Part shown: in pieces, positions 26,811-39,749 of the stretch
Layout: each line of letters begins with the position of its first letter
Numbering within the stretch: position 1 is the first letter of the stretch
Source: Camelus ferus
Lineage: Eukaryota
Assembly (NCBI RefSeq): GCF_009834535.1
Contig: NC_045696.1
Span: 83,454,001-83,518,000, forward strand
Length of the DNA stretch: 64,000 bases
Reading direction: 5' to 3'
Notes under the pieces: model-generated
The model's input: only the letters and a program-made list of their open reading frames with translations
Told to the model about the DNA's origin: nothing
The model's database searches: none
Program-made: the position numbers and the translations under genes

Positions 26811-28106
26811 ATGGCTTGTTCTAATTCTTCCTAAAACTGGCAATAACACTGCTTCAGCAACCCTGTTCAGTTTCTGAATTTAAACAGTTAGATATAAGAC
26901 AAGATGCCATGTAATTAAGCATTGGCACTAACTCAAAAGCAGCCTCAAAGTTAAGACAACATTAAAGATGTAAGGGACTCAATATAGAGACTGAGGGAAA
27001 AAAAAGAAAAAAAACCTTAGTCCAACTGCAACATTGTTTGTTCACCTGCCTTCAATTTCATCTTTATATAGCACTTTTCAAATAGAGATTTATTTAATCT
27101 TTCTTAGCACCTAGATTATGACAGGAAAATAAATGCAAAAAAAGCCCAAAGAAACAAACAAACAAAAAAACCAAACTCCTATCTAAATAAACGGTACTTT
27201 AGGAAGATCAATTCTTGCCAAGAACAATTCAAAACTCCTCATGTGTCTGACACTTTGGTTTTCAGTAACCTCAAATATGCAAAACAAAGTCACAGAGCTA
27301 AAGACCCACAAAGAACGTGTGAGCTCTAGGCTTAGAAGAAACTGTTTCTTAGGAACAGACATTTTGCTCTTTAAGACAGTGTTTATCAAAGTGATTTCTG
27401 TAGAATCTTTAGATATCGATAGATGATACCAAAGACAGGGTTCTAGTATCAAGTACTAGTTTAAACAAGATTTTTCACTTTTGGAACCTCTTCAAGTCTT
27501 TACAAAACATGTGTATATATAGGTATATGAATATAAAATATGTAAAAATATTAAAGTATATATATATATACACATATATATACATACACATATAAAGAGA
27601 GTATGAATTTGCCAAAGGAGGTACAGTAGTCAGCACTTCCCAAACCACTTTTGACCATAAATATCGCAAACACCACCAGCATCATCCCCATCATATTTTT
27701 CCAGAGCTTCTATAGCCAAATACACTTTGGGAAATTGAGAACTCTTAGAACTGAGAACTGAGCCCATATACTTATGTAAAAATCAAAAACTGATTTAACA
27801 AACTTAGGTTAGTTGGGTTTTTTCTCCTGGAAACTCTCAGTCTTTCTTAGACTATGACATCTATTTAGACATAGAGAGGAAGGAAAAATAAAAGATCTAT
27901 ATAGAAATAGAATAGCTGATGACCATAAGACAGAAAGGCCAGAAAGAATATCAAATTTGCCTTATTCATGTTCTTTGAGGGGCAAGGTAAGTCCAGAACA
28001 CTTCAAAGGCTGTTTGGAACATCATGACAGTAGAATAAACTATTCAAATTTTTTAAACCATAGAGAAAGATTGTGTATGTTCAGTAAAATATGCTATGTA
28101 AAAAGA

Positions 28107-28556
28107 TGTATTCATTTTCTAGAGTTTCTATAATGTAAGTGCCACAAACTGGATGGCTTAAAAACAACAGAAATGCATTCTCCTACATTTCCAGAGGCAG
28201 AAGTCCAAAGCCAAGTATCAGTACGGCTGATTTCAAATTTTGGAGGTTGTGAAGGAAAATCTATTCCACACTTCTCTCCTAGCTTCTGGTGATTGCTGGC
28301 AGTTCGTGGCACTCGTGTGCATCACTCCAATCTCTGTCCCTGTCATCACCTGACACTCTCCTTTCTGTGTGTCTGTGTCCAGATTTCTCTCTTCTTACAT
28401 GGGCATTATATTGACCCTCTGTAGTGGCCCACCGTAATCCAGGATGAACTCACCTTAACTTAATCACATCTGAAAAGATTCTGTTTCCAAATAAAGTCAC
28501 ATTCGCAAGTTCAGGGTAAACATGAATTCTGGAAGAACACTATTCAACTCGGTTCA
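28107..28556 (-). mobile_element. MaLR solo LTR, MLT1B/C-like
   Basis: ccacaaactggatggcttaaaaacaacagaaatgcattctc...gaggcagaagtcc...tttccaaataaagtcacattc. Confidence 0.85.
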
Positions 28557-29169
28557 GAAGGTTAACATTTATGTCATGCATTTTAGAACTATTTCCACCA
28601 AAATGATTACCCTTTATAGAGTAAAATATTTTTGCTTAAAGGAGAAATTATTTAAAAGTGAGTAAATGCACTGGGGAAGCTTATTTTTAAGTATTTTAAT
28701 AAAGGAGAAGCTTCTATAGTAATGTGGAAAATTATCCCTGAAATTGTTTTCAATGTTTTGATTCCCTATAAAAAATTCTCAAAGGAAACACATATGTGAT
28801 AGTAAACACTCAGCAAAAGAAGAATGAAAGAAAACCTGATCTTGAAAGTAAAACACTGTTCCATCTCCACAAGTACTCCTTTGGAAAAATATTGCATTTT
28901 ATACTCTATGCAACCTCAGAGATCTGGCACCTAAGGGCTCAGCAATGCAGAATGAAATAGTCTGATTTTCATCTCAGAGCAACACAGAAAATGAACGTAG
29001 CATAACCTCTTCACTTAGCTGCCACCAACATTTTATTAAGTGATTTTACTCTGGATGTTCATATATCTCTTCATTTGTTTTTTTCCTTAAGTTATGATTA
29101 ATTCTATTACTGAATAAAGGGTAAAAAGAAAAATAAGTATGGGAAGACTAAAAAGCTTAATTAACACAC

Positions 29170-29203
29170 ACTTACCTGCTTTACAAAAGAAAAAGTTGAG
29201 TAG
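29170..29203 (-). other. Polypyrimidine-AAG-CAG|GTAAGT junction (candidate recursive site, 3-nt microexon or exon end)
   Basis: Minus strand reads CTACTCAACTTTTTCTTTTGTAAAGCAG|GTAAGT. Confidence 0.35.
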
Positions 29204-29439
29204 TAGGTGCATTTAATGATTCTGATGGCCTACTGGATTCACTAAATTGTCCACCCTTCACCCCAAAACCTTCTACTTTCTCAGAAAATCTTTTTAAAAA
29301 TCAAATAAAAACCACTGGGAGGGAACTAAATCAAAATGAAATCTCTAATTTGTAATAAGAGAAGGATCACCACATGATGAGTCAGAGGTTTAATCTCATT
29401 TAAATTAAAGACTGATTTTTTATTAAGAGAAAATTGTGA

Positions 29440-31530
29440 GTTCAGGTACAAATACTCACTCCCTCTGCTTCAAATCCATAGTAATGAAAGAAACACACAT
29501 ACATAAATATATAATTTTATGTTATATAATATAGATTTAATATTTTAAAAGGCAAAACTGGACTCAGGAACAAAATAAACATCTTGGAACAGAAATACAA
29601 ACAGTAAGAGTAGCCTACTAGAAATCTCAACATGGGAAGCGGGAATAATAGGAGCTCAAAGTGCTCCGCTTGCGTCAGAGGACCAGGGCCAGACTCAGGC
29701 TGTGAGACCAGAGATTGGGTTTAGTTTCTCTGACTTATAAAAGGAATCTTGACAAAATGGCGGCCATTGCCCAGGGCTGAGAGTCCACCAATCAGCAGTC
29801 AGGGAAGTGAGTGGGAGCCAAGACCACTTCCTACTCCGACCTTCTGTCCAGTCATTCTCTGGCTCAGAAACCAGGTTTGTAACACACCAGCGCCTCTGTA
29901 GGACAGGAGACCCAACACGCCCATATGCGACCTAGTTCTGAACAGAGAGCTCCAGGGAGCTGGATACAGGTAATGGCAAAAACTAGCAAGCAAGGAATAG
30001 AAGTCCAAAGAGAAGAGCATTAAAAATAAAATAACAGCAACAACAACAAAACTCCTACCCAAAATGAGTTAGCCGAGAAAAACGAGGAAACTCCCACAAA
30101 AGACAGCTGATATTCTAGACAACTGAAAGAATTCATTTTAGAGGAATGCAAAATAGAAAGCTATTAACCTGAGAATTATTTACAAACAAGTATGTTCAAA
30201 ACACTCATAGAAATAGAGAAATAATATATGTAATTCAAGTATAAAAAGTTATAAACAATCTTTATAAGCCAAGAATAGATTGGCTATGATGAAGGGTTAT
30301 AAATCCGCAAAGAAAAGTACAGTTGTTAGCATAAGAACTAAAAAGGGACTAATCCTGAGCTGAATATAGTTAAAGAAATAATTGTTCAATTGAAAGATTG
30401 TACCTGAGAAATAAATAAATAAAAACTATGAAAGATAATTTTATGAGACATGCAGCATAAACTCAGAGGCTCCCAATTTTATTCCGGATAGGATAGGCCC
30501 CATCACAGCAACAAACATCCCCACACCTCCGTGGCTTACTAAATGTTCACTTATCAATCATTCAAGACCCTCTTCCATAATTGCTGAAGCAGAAGCAAAA
30601 AAGAGTAAAGCTGTACATGGCCTGTCCCCTACCTCAGCCTGCAAATGACACACATCATTTGTGCTTACCTTTTACAGTTCTTCTTAATGGCAAGGAGCAA
30701 AAAGGTATAATCACCCATGTGCCCTTTAAGGAATAACTATTCAGATATTGGTGAGCACTAGTAGTCACACTCTAGTAAATCACACGCACTAGGAATGGGA
30801 GTTCCAGAAGTAGCAAGTTGAGAGAATGATAAAGAGGCAATATTAAAGAGAAAATAATGGCCAGTATGACTGAGAATTTTCAAGAACTGAAGAAAAATAC
30901 ATCTTCAGAAAGAGTAAACTCAGAGAAAATAGGGTGAATTAAAAATAAATTCACATTTAAATCCACGGTAATGAAACTAGAACATATCAAAGAGAAAAAC
31001 TTTAAAAGCCTCCTTAAGGCTAAAGATAATAATCTAATAAAAGACAATTAGACTGACAGCATGCATCTCAGCAGCTACAGGAGCAGACAGAGAATACTGA
31101 AAGTAAGTGACTCTCCATCTAAAATTACATACCCAGCTAAACTAAACGTTACAACAGTGATAGTGAAACAGAGACTGTCTCAGGCATTTAAAGACAAAGT
31201 TTACCACCAACAGAGCCCCCCCACAAGAATTAGCAAAGCACATACTTGAGGAAGAAGAAAGGCATAGAAAGAAGGAATGGAATGTATAAAACAGTGACAA
31301 AAGTAATTACAAGATATATTAGTAATTCTAATTAAACACTGAGTATAAAAAGTTAGTTTGAAGGGGTTTAAAAATATAAGGGAATAACATTTCAGACATT
31401 AGAAAGATAGTAGGAAAAGTTGATGGGGCTAGATCAGGGAGCAGAGTTTCTTGTCTTGTTCTGGAGGAAAACAGAAATACTAAATAAATTTAGATTTTGG
31501 TAGAAATATATAAAGTTAAATATTTACATT
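29440..31530 (+). mobile_element. Old L1M/HAL1-like 5'UTR and ORF1 remnant, with a MaLR fragment at about 30488-30770
   Basis: ggagttccagaag...gaggcaatatt...gactgagaattttcaagaactgaag; acatacccagctaaacta. Confidence 0.6.
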
Positions 31531-32742
31531 AAATTAAAGACTTTTATGTATCAACATGCGCCAAAATCTTATTTTTTAGTTCCTTTAACAACAACAGTAA
31601 AATAAAAACAAAATGTGCTCTGGTCACTGTAATAGTACCCTCTCTGTTTAACCCGTGTATGTCTAAGGACTGGTTTGACTAAATGAAAAATATGTTTAAT
31701 GCTAGGTGCTAAAAAATGAATAGTGAAGTAAGACTCTACTCTCAATGACAATATTCACAAATTTAGTATTACTTTCTTGTGTATGGTTAGCATAAGAAAT
31801 TGATCCATATTGTTGTGTGTAAATGGATAAGTTTTAATGTAGTATCTTCAGTCGTATACTCATAAAACTTAAAACTTAAATGTTTCAAACCATAGTTTCT
31901 CTGTAAACAAATTTACAGCTCTGTAATCATTTACTTTTAACTACTGGGTTAATAAGCAACAAATATAGTCCAATCAAATGTTAAGTACTAGCATTCTTTG
32001 GCTTTCACATGAAGTAATTTAAAAATCATCTGTGGTACCATCTCTTGCTGATTCTACTCTTCCATACCATGTACACTGGGACCCATCTAAGGGGAGATGG
32101 AAGCTCATGAAACAGGAGAACAGCACAAGGAAGTCCATGTGAACAGTAATTACTGTTCAGGTACATCCAAACTGCCATGAACAATAAGACCTTTGGGTTT
32201 TGTTCTGACAGGCATAACAAGTGCCTCCAATGTCACCAATTCCAAATCTGACTCTGACATGGGACAGAGGAGACTGGTGACAGATGGGGAAAATTTAGCA
32301 TGCAGCTTGGACGGTCTTTGGGATGTAAGTCATGTTATCTCTAACTCGCTGCCAAGTCCTGCTTGTTGCTTTATAACAGACACCACTGGGAGACTCTGCA
32401 GCCTCGGCCAAAAACACAGACTTGAAAGAACTGGATTTCCTCACTGTTGATATTTTGTAACATCTCACCCACACTGGGCTCCGCTGAAATAATGAAACAG
32501 TCACTCGTATGTATCTGAATGTGAAAAAGCATTTTGACAAACCAGACTGATTTTCTTTTAGACTTTAGGACAGTGGCTCATCAGAAATGGAGTTTACCAT
32601 TCTTAATCCAATTCATCCATAGTCTGCTGAGGTATTTCAAAGCCATTACCCACCATGTGAAGTCTTACTCCATATTTGGGTCAGCTTTAAAGAACAGCAT
32701 GGACACTAGAAGCTGAATATCTAAAATATATTCTCTATTTGT

Positions 32743-32884
32743 GGGGGGAAGGTATAGCTCAAGTGGTTGAGTGTGTGCTTAGCATGCACAAGGTCCTGGG
32801 TTCAATCCCCAGTACCTCCCCTAAAAATATTAAATAAGTAAATAAACCTAATTACACCCCCAAAAGAGATTTTTTTTTTTTTAA
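32743..32884 (+). mobile_element. Camelid tRNA-derived SINE (Vic-1 type)
   Basis: ggggggaaggtatagctcaagtggttgag (A box) ... ggttcaatcccc (B box); TSD attctctatttgt at 32730-32742 and 32885-32897. Confidence 0.92.
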
Positions 32885-33030
32885 ATTCTCTATTTGTTAC
32901 GTGTTTATCAATGTATCTGCTGTCCATTATGGTAACCACGTCCACCTGGCTGCCACTTGGCCTCTACCACCTTGGGATCCAACCACTCTCATTCGAACTG
33001 AGTGGCTGTAGTCCCCACTGTAAGGCTGGC

Positions 33031-33279
33031 CTACAGAGAAGAGTGAACCCAGAGCTCTTCAAGAATGCTGGGTCTCCCTTCACAAATTTGATCATTTTTG
33101 ATTTGTTCACAATGGGCCATCTTTTGGCCCAACCAAACTGTTAAATCCTTTCTAACTCCCATAGCTGCAACGTTAAATGCACAATCTCTGCTTAGACGGT
33201 CCATTTCAATAAATGTGGCCTGATCCACCTCTATGTGCCTTCCACCACCATTCCACACCCTTAGCATCCACTCCCACAC
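33031..33279 (-). pseudogene. ERV-L gag fragment
   Basis: WEWMLRVWNGGGRHIEVDQATFIEMDRLSRDCAFNVAAMGVRK resembles the ERV-L gag motif WEWILRVWDNGGRNIKLDQAEFIDMGPLSRDSAFNVAA; frame disrupted. Confidence 0.85.
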
Positions 33280-33585
33280 ATGTTCCCTGGATTTCTGATT
33301 GTATGCATTTGAACACTCACATTATTTCGGAGTGTAGCACACTTCCTCACAAGTCACACTTTGTACCTCTCTTTTAGAGGCCTGTTGGGACTTGAGTCTA
33401 TTTATAGGTCTAGAAGCCTGAGAAGAAGAGTGAGCGGGGTCAGTGCTGAGGAGAACTGGCACTGTCCTGCATGGCGTCTGCTTCAGGGAGACCACTGCTG
33501 TTTCCTTAGACAAGGCAGGACTAATCCCTTCAGTCAGATCTCAACAGAGAGAGATCTCTGCTCCCGGGAGTGGGGAAGCCCTTAC

Positions 33586-34095
33586 TGTGAAGCCAGCTGG
33601 CATTTCCTGGAGTCATGAAACCCCCTCCCCTGGGGCTCTCGGTGACCTTAACCCCCACTCCCCATTGCAGGACCCTCCGCATACCTGCATTTCTAAAGGA
33701 TAAAAACAGCTTCCCTAATGTGTGTTTACCCTAACAAAACTCACCGCCCCAGGAGATAGCCCCTCTCACAATGCCCTAGGCGACAGGCTTCACACCCTGC
33801 CCCTATTAAAGTCATAAAACCTATTGTTCAGAGAAGTCCCTGACAGACCTTACAACCAATCAGGAACCACTGCAAGAATTGATCACGCAGCCCCTACTCT
33901 CTGTGTGTACAGCCGCCTCCCCTCCATAAAAGACCCTGCACGCTCACCCTTGGCGCTCACACGGACACCTCTCACCAGCGGGGCCCCCTTTTGCCTACAG
34001 CAGCATAACTATTAAACGCTCCTAAACTTCTCTCTGTCTCCGGTAATTCTTTACCAACCTGTGTCACGGGCCCATCGCCATGTGTGCCCACAACA
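33586..34095 (+). mobile_element. ERV1-like solo LTR nested in ERV-L gag
   Basis: TG...CA termini; CCAAT 33856-33860, CATAAAA 33925-33931, ATTAAA 34011-34016; ERV-L sequence resumes on both sides; TSD only partial (cttac/gttag), so the 5' boundary is uncertain. Confidence 0.7.
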
Positions 34096-34756
34096 GTTAG
34101 CACAGTGGATGAGAAAGTAATTCCACTAGCAAAGAAAGACTCATCAAAATTTAGGGGCTCAACATCGTCAGCTTGATCAGCTTCTTCCCACAGAACCTCA
34201 GCTCAGTTTACAGGACCCCATTCTTTCCAATCAATGCCATCACTTTAACGGTGACACCCCCTGAGGCTGGAAATTCAATTTGCATCATAATTCAGCCAAT
34301 CACAGCCAGTTCAGCCCTACAGCCACAGGAGATAAGGTTCTCCTTCAAGGCACACAGAGAAGCTATGAGATCATTTATACAGCTAGTACTTGAGCTGGAG
34401 GTGTGACTTCCTGAGCGTAGCCTTTCACCACTTTGTCCAGACACATTAGGAGCAGCCAACCAATGTCGTGGTATTTCTAAGTTTTCCAATAATGTTCAAA
34501 AGCATCACATATAAAATCACTTGGCTCCTTGCTTCTTATGAATGGTTGATTAGGAGTATCCAGAGCAGATATTTTATCTATCCCTGTAAACAGTTCATAC
34601 TACGGACTATTTTGCTCTCCTTACTATTGGAAATAGAGTCATTGGCGTCTTTTAAGTCTAATTGGATTAGAGAGCCAATTCCAGAAATAACAGAACAAAG
34701 TTATAAGCTCATCCTTAAAATTCTGCTCCTGTAGAGCCAGCCTTGATACCTGAACC

Positions 34757-34804
34757 TGGACGGGTCAGGGTTCTCCAGAGAAATAGGACCATTGAGAGGG
34801 AGGT

Positions 34805-34872
<68 letters not shown>

Positions 34873-35301
34873 CATAGATACATAGATAGATACACAGATA
34901 GATGAGATTTATTATTAAAATTGGCTCATGCAATTATGGAGTCCCAGAAGGCCCACTCTGCCATCTGCGAGATGGTAGTGTAATTCATTCCGAGTCTAAA
35001 GGCCCAAGAACCAGAAGTATCAATGTTCTGTGAGAGCAGGAGAAGCTGGATGTCCCAGGTCAGGCAAAAAGAGGAAACTCATCCTTCCCCAGCCTTTTTT
35101 TTTTTTTTTTTTTCTATTCAGGCCTTCAATGCATTGGGTGAAGCCCACCTATACAAGTGAGGAAGATATTCTTCATTCAGTTGAGTGATTCAAATGTTAA
35201 TCTCTTCCAAAACCAATCTCAAGGATACATCTAGAAATAATGTTTTACCAACTATCTGGACATCCCTTAGCTCAAGTTGACACATAAAATTAACCACCAC
35301 A
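34757..35301 (-). mobile_element. MLT2-type ERV-L 5' LTR
   Basis: gtcagggttctccagagaaa...aattggctcatgcaattatggag...gttgacacataaaattaaccaccaca. Confidence 0.9.
34805..34903. repeat. (GATA)n/(GACA)n tetranucleotide microsatellite inside the MLT2 LTR
   Basis: Direct observation. Confidence 0.95.
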
Positions 35302-37634
35302 CATAGTATCAGCCATGTTTCAACACCAATATTTTATGTATACTTTATGATATCTGCCCAGTATTCTATGAATATTTTTATAAATAATACATACCAGTAT
35401 TATATGAATAGTTTATTATATGTCATACCAGTATTTTATAGATAATTCAAATTTCAGAGGACCCTAGAATCAACTCCATCAACTCCACTATCCCAGGTCC
35501 TTTCTGAATCCTTAGGGCCAACTCAAATAGAGAGTGAATCTTTAAAATGTCTCTTGAGCCTGTTGCATTCCTACCCCACACCCTGAAGGCAGTTCAAAGG
35601 TCCCCAAAGTTAACTCGGAGTTCAGTGGCAACTAGCCAGTGAAAGCTGTCATGTGATGATGGTAGCCCCCAGCATCCTCTAGAGATGGCTAGATGGACAG
35701 GAATCCACTACCTGCTAGAATAATCTAATTATGTCTAAAGGTTTCCACTGAAAAGGCTCTATCTACGCCAGGTCCCTGTCACTTTCCCTGTGGGTGAAGT
35801 CAGCTATCCAGTGACTTTCAAACACTCTCTGCAGGTGGCTTTGTAACACATGAAGAAGTTCCTGAAATGTTAATCCTAAGGGACAAGTGTTCCTGTCACT
35901 GAAGCAATACATTATAACCTCTGCACTTTCTGGATCTTTCAGACAAAAGCCAAAAGCCATGAAGGCCATGATGAAATTATTCTTGCTACCCCAGAGCTGA
36001 TATTTCCAAAGAGAAATATATGTATGTTAGGAGAGTTCTGGGGATGAATTTGCACTATAGTAGCTCCTGCAAAGCCTGTCCTATGAATAAAGAGCCTTCA
36101 GTTTCTAAAGCCTGAAAATCTGATAACATTCAGCGCATATGGATATTCATTTAAATAAGGGGGAAAAAAAACTTCAGTGTGACATTTCTTTTAACCCACA
36201 ATTTTGCAGCTGGAATAAATCTTTTCCACTCTTAGATAGTATAATGTGACAATCCAAGCAACCAAGATTAAGATCTATAAATTCACCACTTTTCTTCTAC
36301 TACCAAACTCCAAGATTTTTTAAACATCTCTCATACTACTCAGGGCTTTATGAGCAAACTAGACGTGACTTTTAAAATGGTAGAAGCATCTGGATTATTT
36401 CAACTGATTTTCCTACTGGCTGTTTCTTTAGTTCCTCCTTATATTTTCACTTTCTATCTAACTCTGCACACACAATATGGGAGGGAAAAGGATGTAAAGG
36501 ATGCATGCATTTCAAGTTTTTAATACTTTAAGATAGGTTTAATGTAAGACACCTGGCCATAAATATCAGTGCACTGCCATACTAGATTTCAAAATGCTCC
36601 TTTACACCCAGCAGCTGAATTGACTTCACTAGTCCTGATTTCAATTCATCTTTCTCATTCTCTATCCCTCTCAAAAATGCTCTTTCATACCCCAGCAGCT
36701 GTTCTAAGAGCGTAACTCCATTCTGGCCCAAACTCAGATCATTAAGATCAAAGACAGATAAAAGGAAGCATGACTTTGGCCCAGTGTTACACTCTTAATG
36801 ATACACGTTCAGGGTCTTTTATCTCGAGATCTCAAAGGGAATCTTCTTAATGGGGTTCCATAATCATAACGGGTCCAGGGGCATGCCAAAGAGCGGCAGG
36901 GCGCTGTTGGAAAGTCCAGCTCAAAGTCATCAGGCCACTACTGACTCTGAATAGATAACATTACAACTTTGGGTGAGAAGCACCTCCCCTGGAACAGTCA
37001 CCTTTACTGGACACTAAAATTTGGTCCATAATCCTAGGTCATCTATTTTCTGCTAGTCCCACATTTTCTGAAAATAAAATAGAAAACTAAAGTTAACTGG
37101 CCCACTTAGTACTTGGGATTGTTGTTACAGATAAGCTAAAAATGTGCTTGTATCACATGTTTCATGAAGCTACCATGATGCAACATATCCACAAATTCGT
37201 GTCACTGTGAGAAACAAAAGACTGTAGAATTATGGAAAAACACCAACAAGAGGGCAAATCTGGATTCTGGTCCCTCCTCAACTACCTACTGATGTTGTCT
37301 CGAGTAAGAGTTCTTTTCCTAGTGTATAGAGGACAGATGATCTTGTGGAATCCTTTTCATTCATTCCTCTAGCCAATCATTTGTTCTTTCACTCAGCAAA
37401 CACGTGGTAGAGCTGTTGTGCTCCGTACTGTGCTGAGCAATGAGGATGCCAGATACAAGACATTTCTACTGCACCACATTCCTCTGCCACCAAAGAATCT
37501 CAAAGTTTGAACAGAACAGACAGAAAATACATTTAATTTGTCATCACCACCAACTTCCCTTGTAAAATGAGGACAAACCCATTTTTATGAATACTTTTCT
37601 AGATAATTAAATGACCTATATTCACACGGCCATA

Positions 37635-37875
37635 ATAACAATGACTAACATTTATTCTGAGTTTATTATATTCTGTACACCTCTGTTTAAGTACTTCACA
37701 TGCATTATCTCATTTTATCTTCATAACATTTTATAAAGTAAGTAGTATGTGTAGGATAAATAGGATTCCTGTTTTATGGAATCCTCCACAGAGATAAATT
37801 CAAAAAGATCTGGTGGCTTACCTAAGTGGTAAAGATTTGTCCCTAGGCCTGTCTGACTCCCAAAGCCTAGTTTCT
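37635..37875 (-). mobile_element. MIR SINE
   Basis: taacatttatt...cacatgcattatctcatttt...ctaggcctgtctgactcccaaagcct. Confidence 0.7.
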
Positions 37876-39623
37876 TTAGTTTGGATATAAAATAATTTTC
37901 AAATTCCCTGCATTTCTCAACAAAGTCGGCTTCAGTATTTGCACAGATCCATGTTAGCAGTCAATGCACAGGTTTAGAAGGCACAGAATTGAAGACACAG
38001 GAGAGATTTTAGAAACTGTCCAGTCTGACCTATTCATTTACAGTTAAAATGTAGTTCTTGAAATTAGGAGTAAGAATGTATATTGAGTGAAAAGCTAAAA
38101 GAAGCAAGGAAAAAAGCTGAAGAGAGAAAAGGAAGCGAGGAATCTTGAATTATCCATCTTTGTATTCCTGGTACTTAATACAGCCCCTGGCAACCAGTGT
38201 TATGTTTGATCAATTGGATTACATTACACATTATAGATTTTTTAAACTACAATTTCCCAAAGGTCAAGAGAAGCATGGGATACTTTCATTTGTCTAAGGC
38301 TTACAATATTAAAAATGAAAAAGAATAACAAAGCTGTGACATATTCTAAATGCTCAAGACTGTTCGTTGATCTTTGCAATTATCCTTCTAACTTCATTTG
38401 GATATAACGCCTAAATGTGGGTTCTAACCAGTATGTGACAATGAAACACTATGAGATAATGTCTCATGTAAGCCTTACGACAATCCTATTGTTTTGATAT
38501 ATCACTATCCCCAATTACAGAGCAAGGGAGAGTTTAGGCAACTTCTGTCATGTTCACACATTTGAAAGTGATGCAACATCTTACATTCTATCCCCAATAA
38601 ACTGTTAAAAGTAAAAAAAAAAAGTGCATCTGTGAGATCTTTTTAATTAGCAAACACCGAAACACACTAATTTCAGAGGCTTTAAATCATTAAATTGCCA
38701 TATACTAAACCAACGAAATTTGAAGCAAAACTTAAAATTCTTCTCCCCTGGAGAGATTCCGAGTTCACTGATTCTAACAAGCACATTTAAAAACATTGTA
38801 AAGATCATCCTTTTAAAATACACTTAATAGAAAAATACTGAACAGTGTGGATGCTTGGAGACTCCTCAGGTGTTGATTACCCGGCTGCATGTTAGATTTT
38901 GCAGGAATTAGATATGATATTATCTCCTTATTATGCAAAACCATGGAAAACACTTAATTAAAACTTAATTAAAGTCTCCACGATGCTTCAACCCCATGGA
39001 GCCCATTTTTCAACAGCAAGCAGCAAAGGAAAGCCTCTAGGACAAATAATGTTTGAAAAACGGTGTACAGGTGCTCACTTTTCTCAGTACCTGCACCTTT
39101 CTAACAGATCTTGCACCTTCTCAATTTTTTTTTATTTCCCATCAGCCCATAGAGTGACAGATTTGTAGGAAAACTGGTGATCATTAATTATAAACAAGTG
39201 TGTAGGTTTAGATCAGCTACTGATGCTTCATTTCTTCTAGAAATTTCACATGTAATTTCATATAACACATGAGAAAATTCATACAGTATTTTATCTGTCA
39301 TATAGTGAGCTCCTGATAGGAATGCATTTAATGAAATTAGTAAGTGTTAGATAGGTATCAATTCAAAACCCTAAGACTCTTAAAAAAAAAAAAAAAAAAA
39401 CTCTGAGACTCTGATACAATTTTTTTCCAAAAATATTTATGGCAAAATATGTGAACAATTAGTTGTCAGTGTGATTGAATAATTTTATTCATCCATTATT
39501 AAGTTATTTGTTCATTATTCAACAGTTTATATAGAAATATTCTGTGTAGTAGGATGTGCTATAGTAAGAATTGGTTTACATGGAGAAGAAAATAATTAAA
39601 TGTGACCTTATTCTCTAACTTTT

Positions 39624-39675
39624 TTTTTAACATTTTTTTATTGATTTATAATCATTTTACAATGTTGTGTCAAAA
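39624..39675 (-). mobile_element. 52-bp L1 3'-terminal insertion
   Basis: ttttattgatttataatcattttacaatgttgtgtcaaa between perfect 15-bp TSDs tattctctaactttt (39609-39623, 39676-39690). Confidence 0.85.
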
Positions 39676-39749
39676 TATTCTCTAACTTTTAAGAAGATAG
39701 TCCAGTCCTCCCGTATAGTTTTAACTTACATCATAAAGCAAGAGGTCAT

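Larger units (their letters stand above)
32912..34756 (-). mobile_element. ERV-L internal region (leader plus gag remnant), interrupted by a solo LTR
   Basis: Adjoins an MLT2 LTR; leader ...gcagaattttaaggatgag; translations match ERV-L gag. Confidence 0.85.

Noticed and set aside
27851..27992. Plus-strand exon-like segment ending AAG|GTAAGT
   Set aside because: Stops in all three frames and no supporting context; consistent with chance
32020..32720. Possible processed pseudogene or CR1/L3 remnant
   Set aside because: No frame gave a recognisable protein and the CR1 resemblance near 32620-32715 is too weak to call
32743..32820. tRNA gene
   Set aside because: tRNA-like A/B boxes belong to a SINE head with tail and TSD; same for 4206-4280
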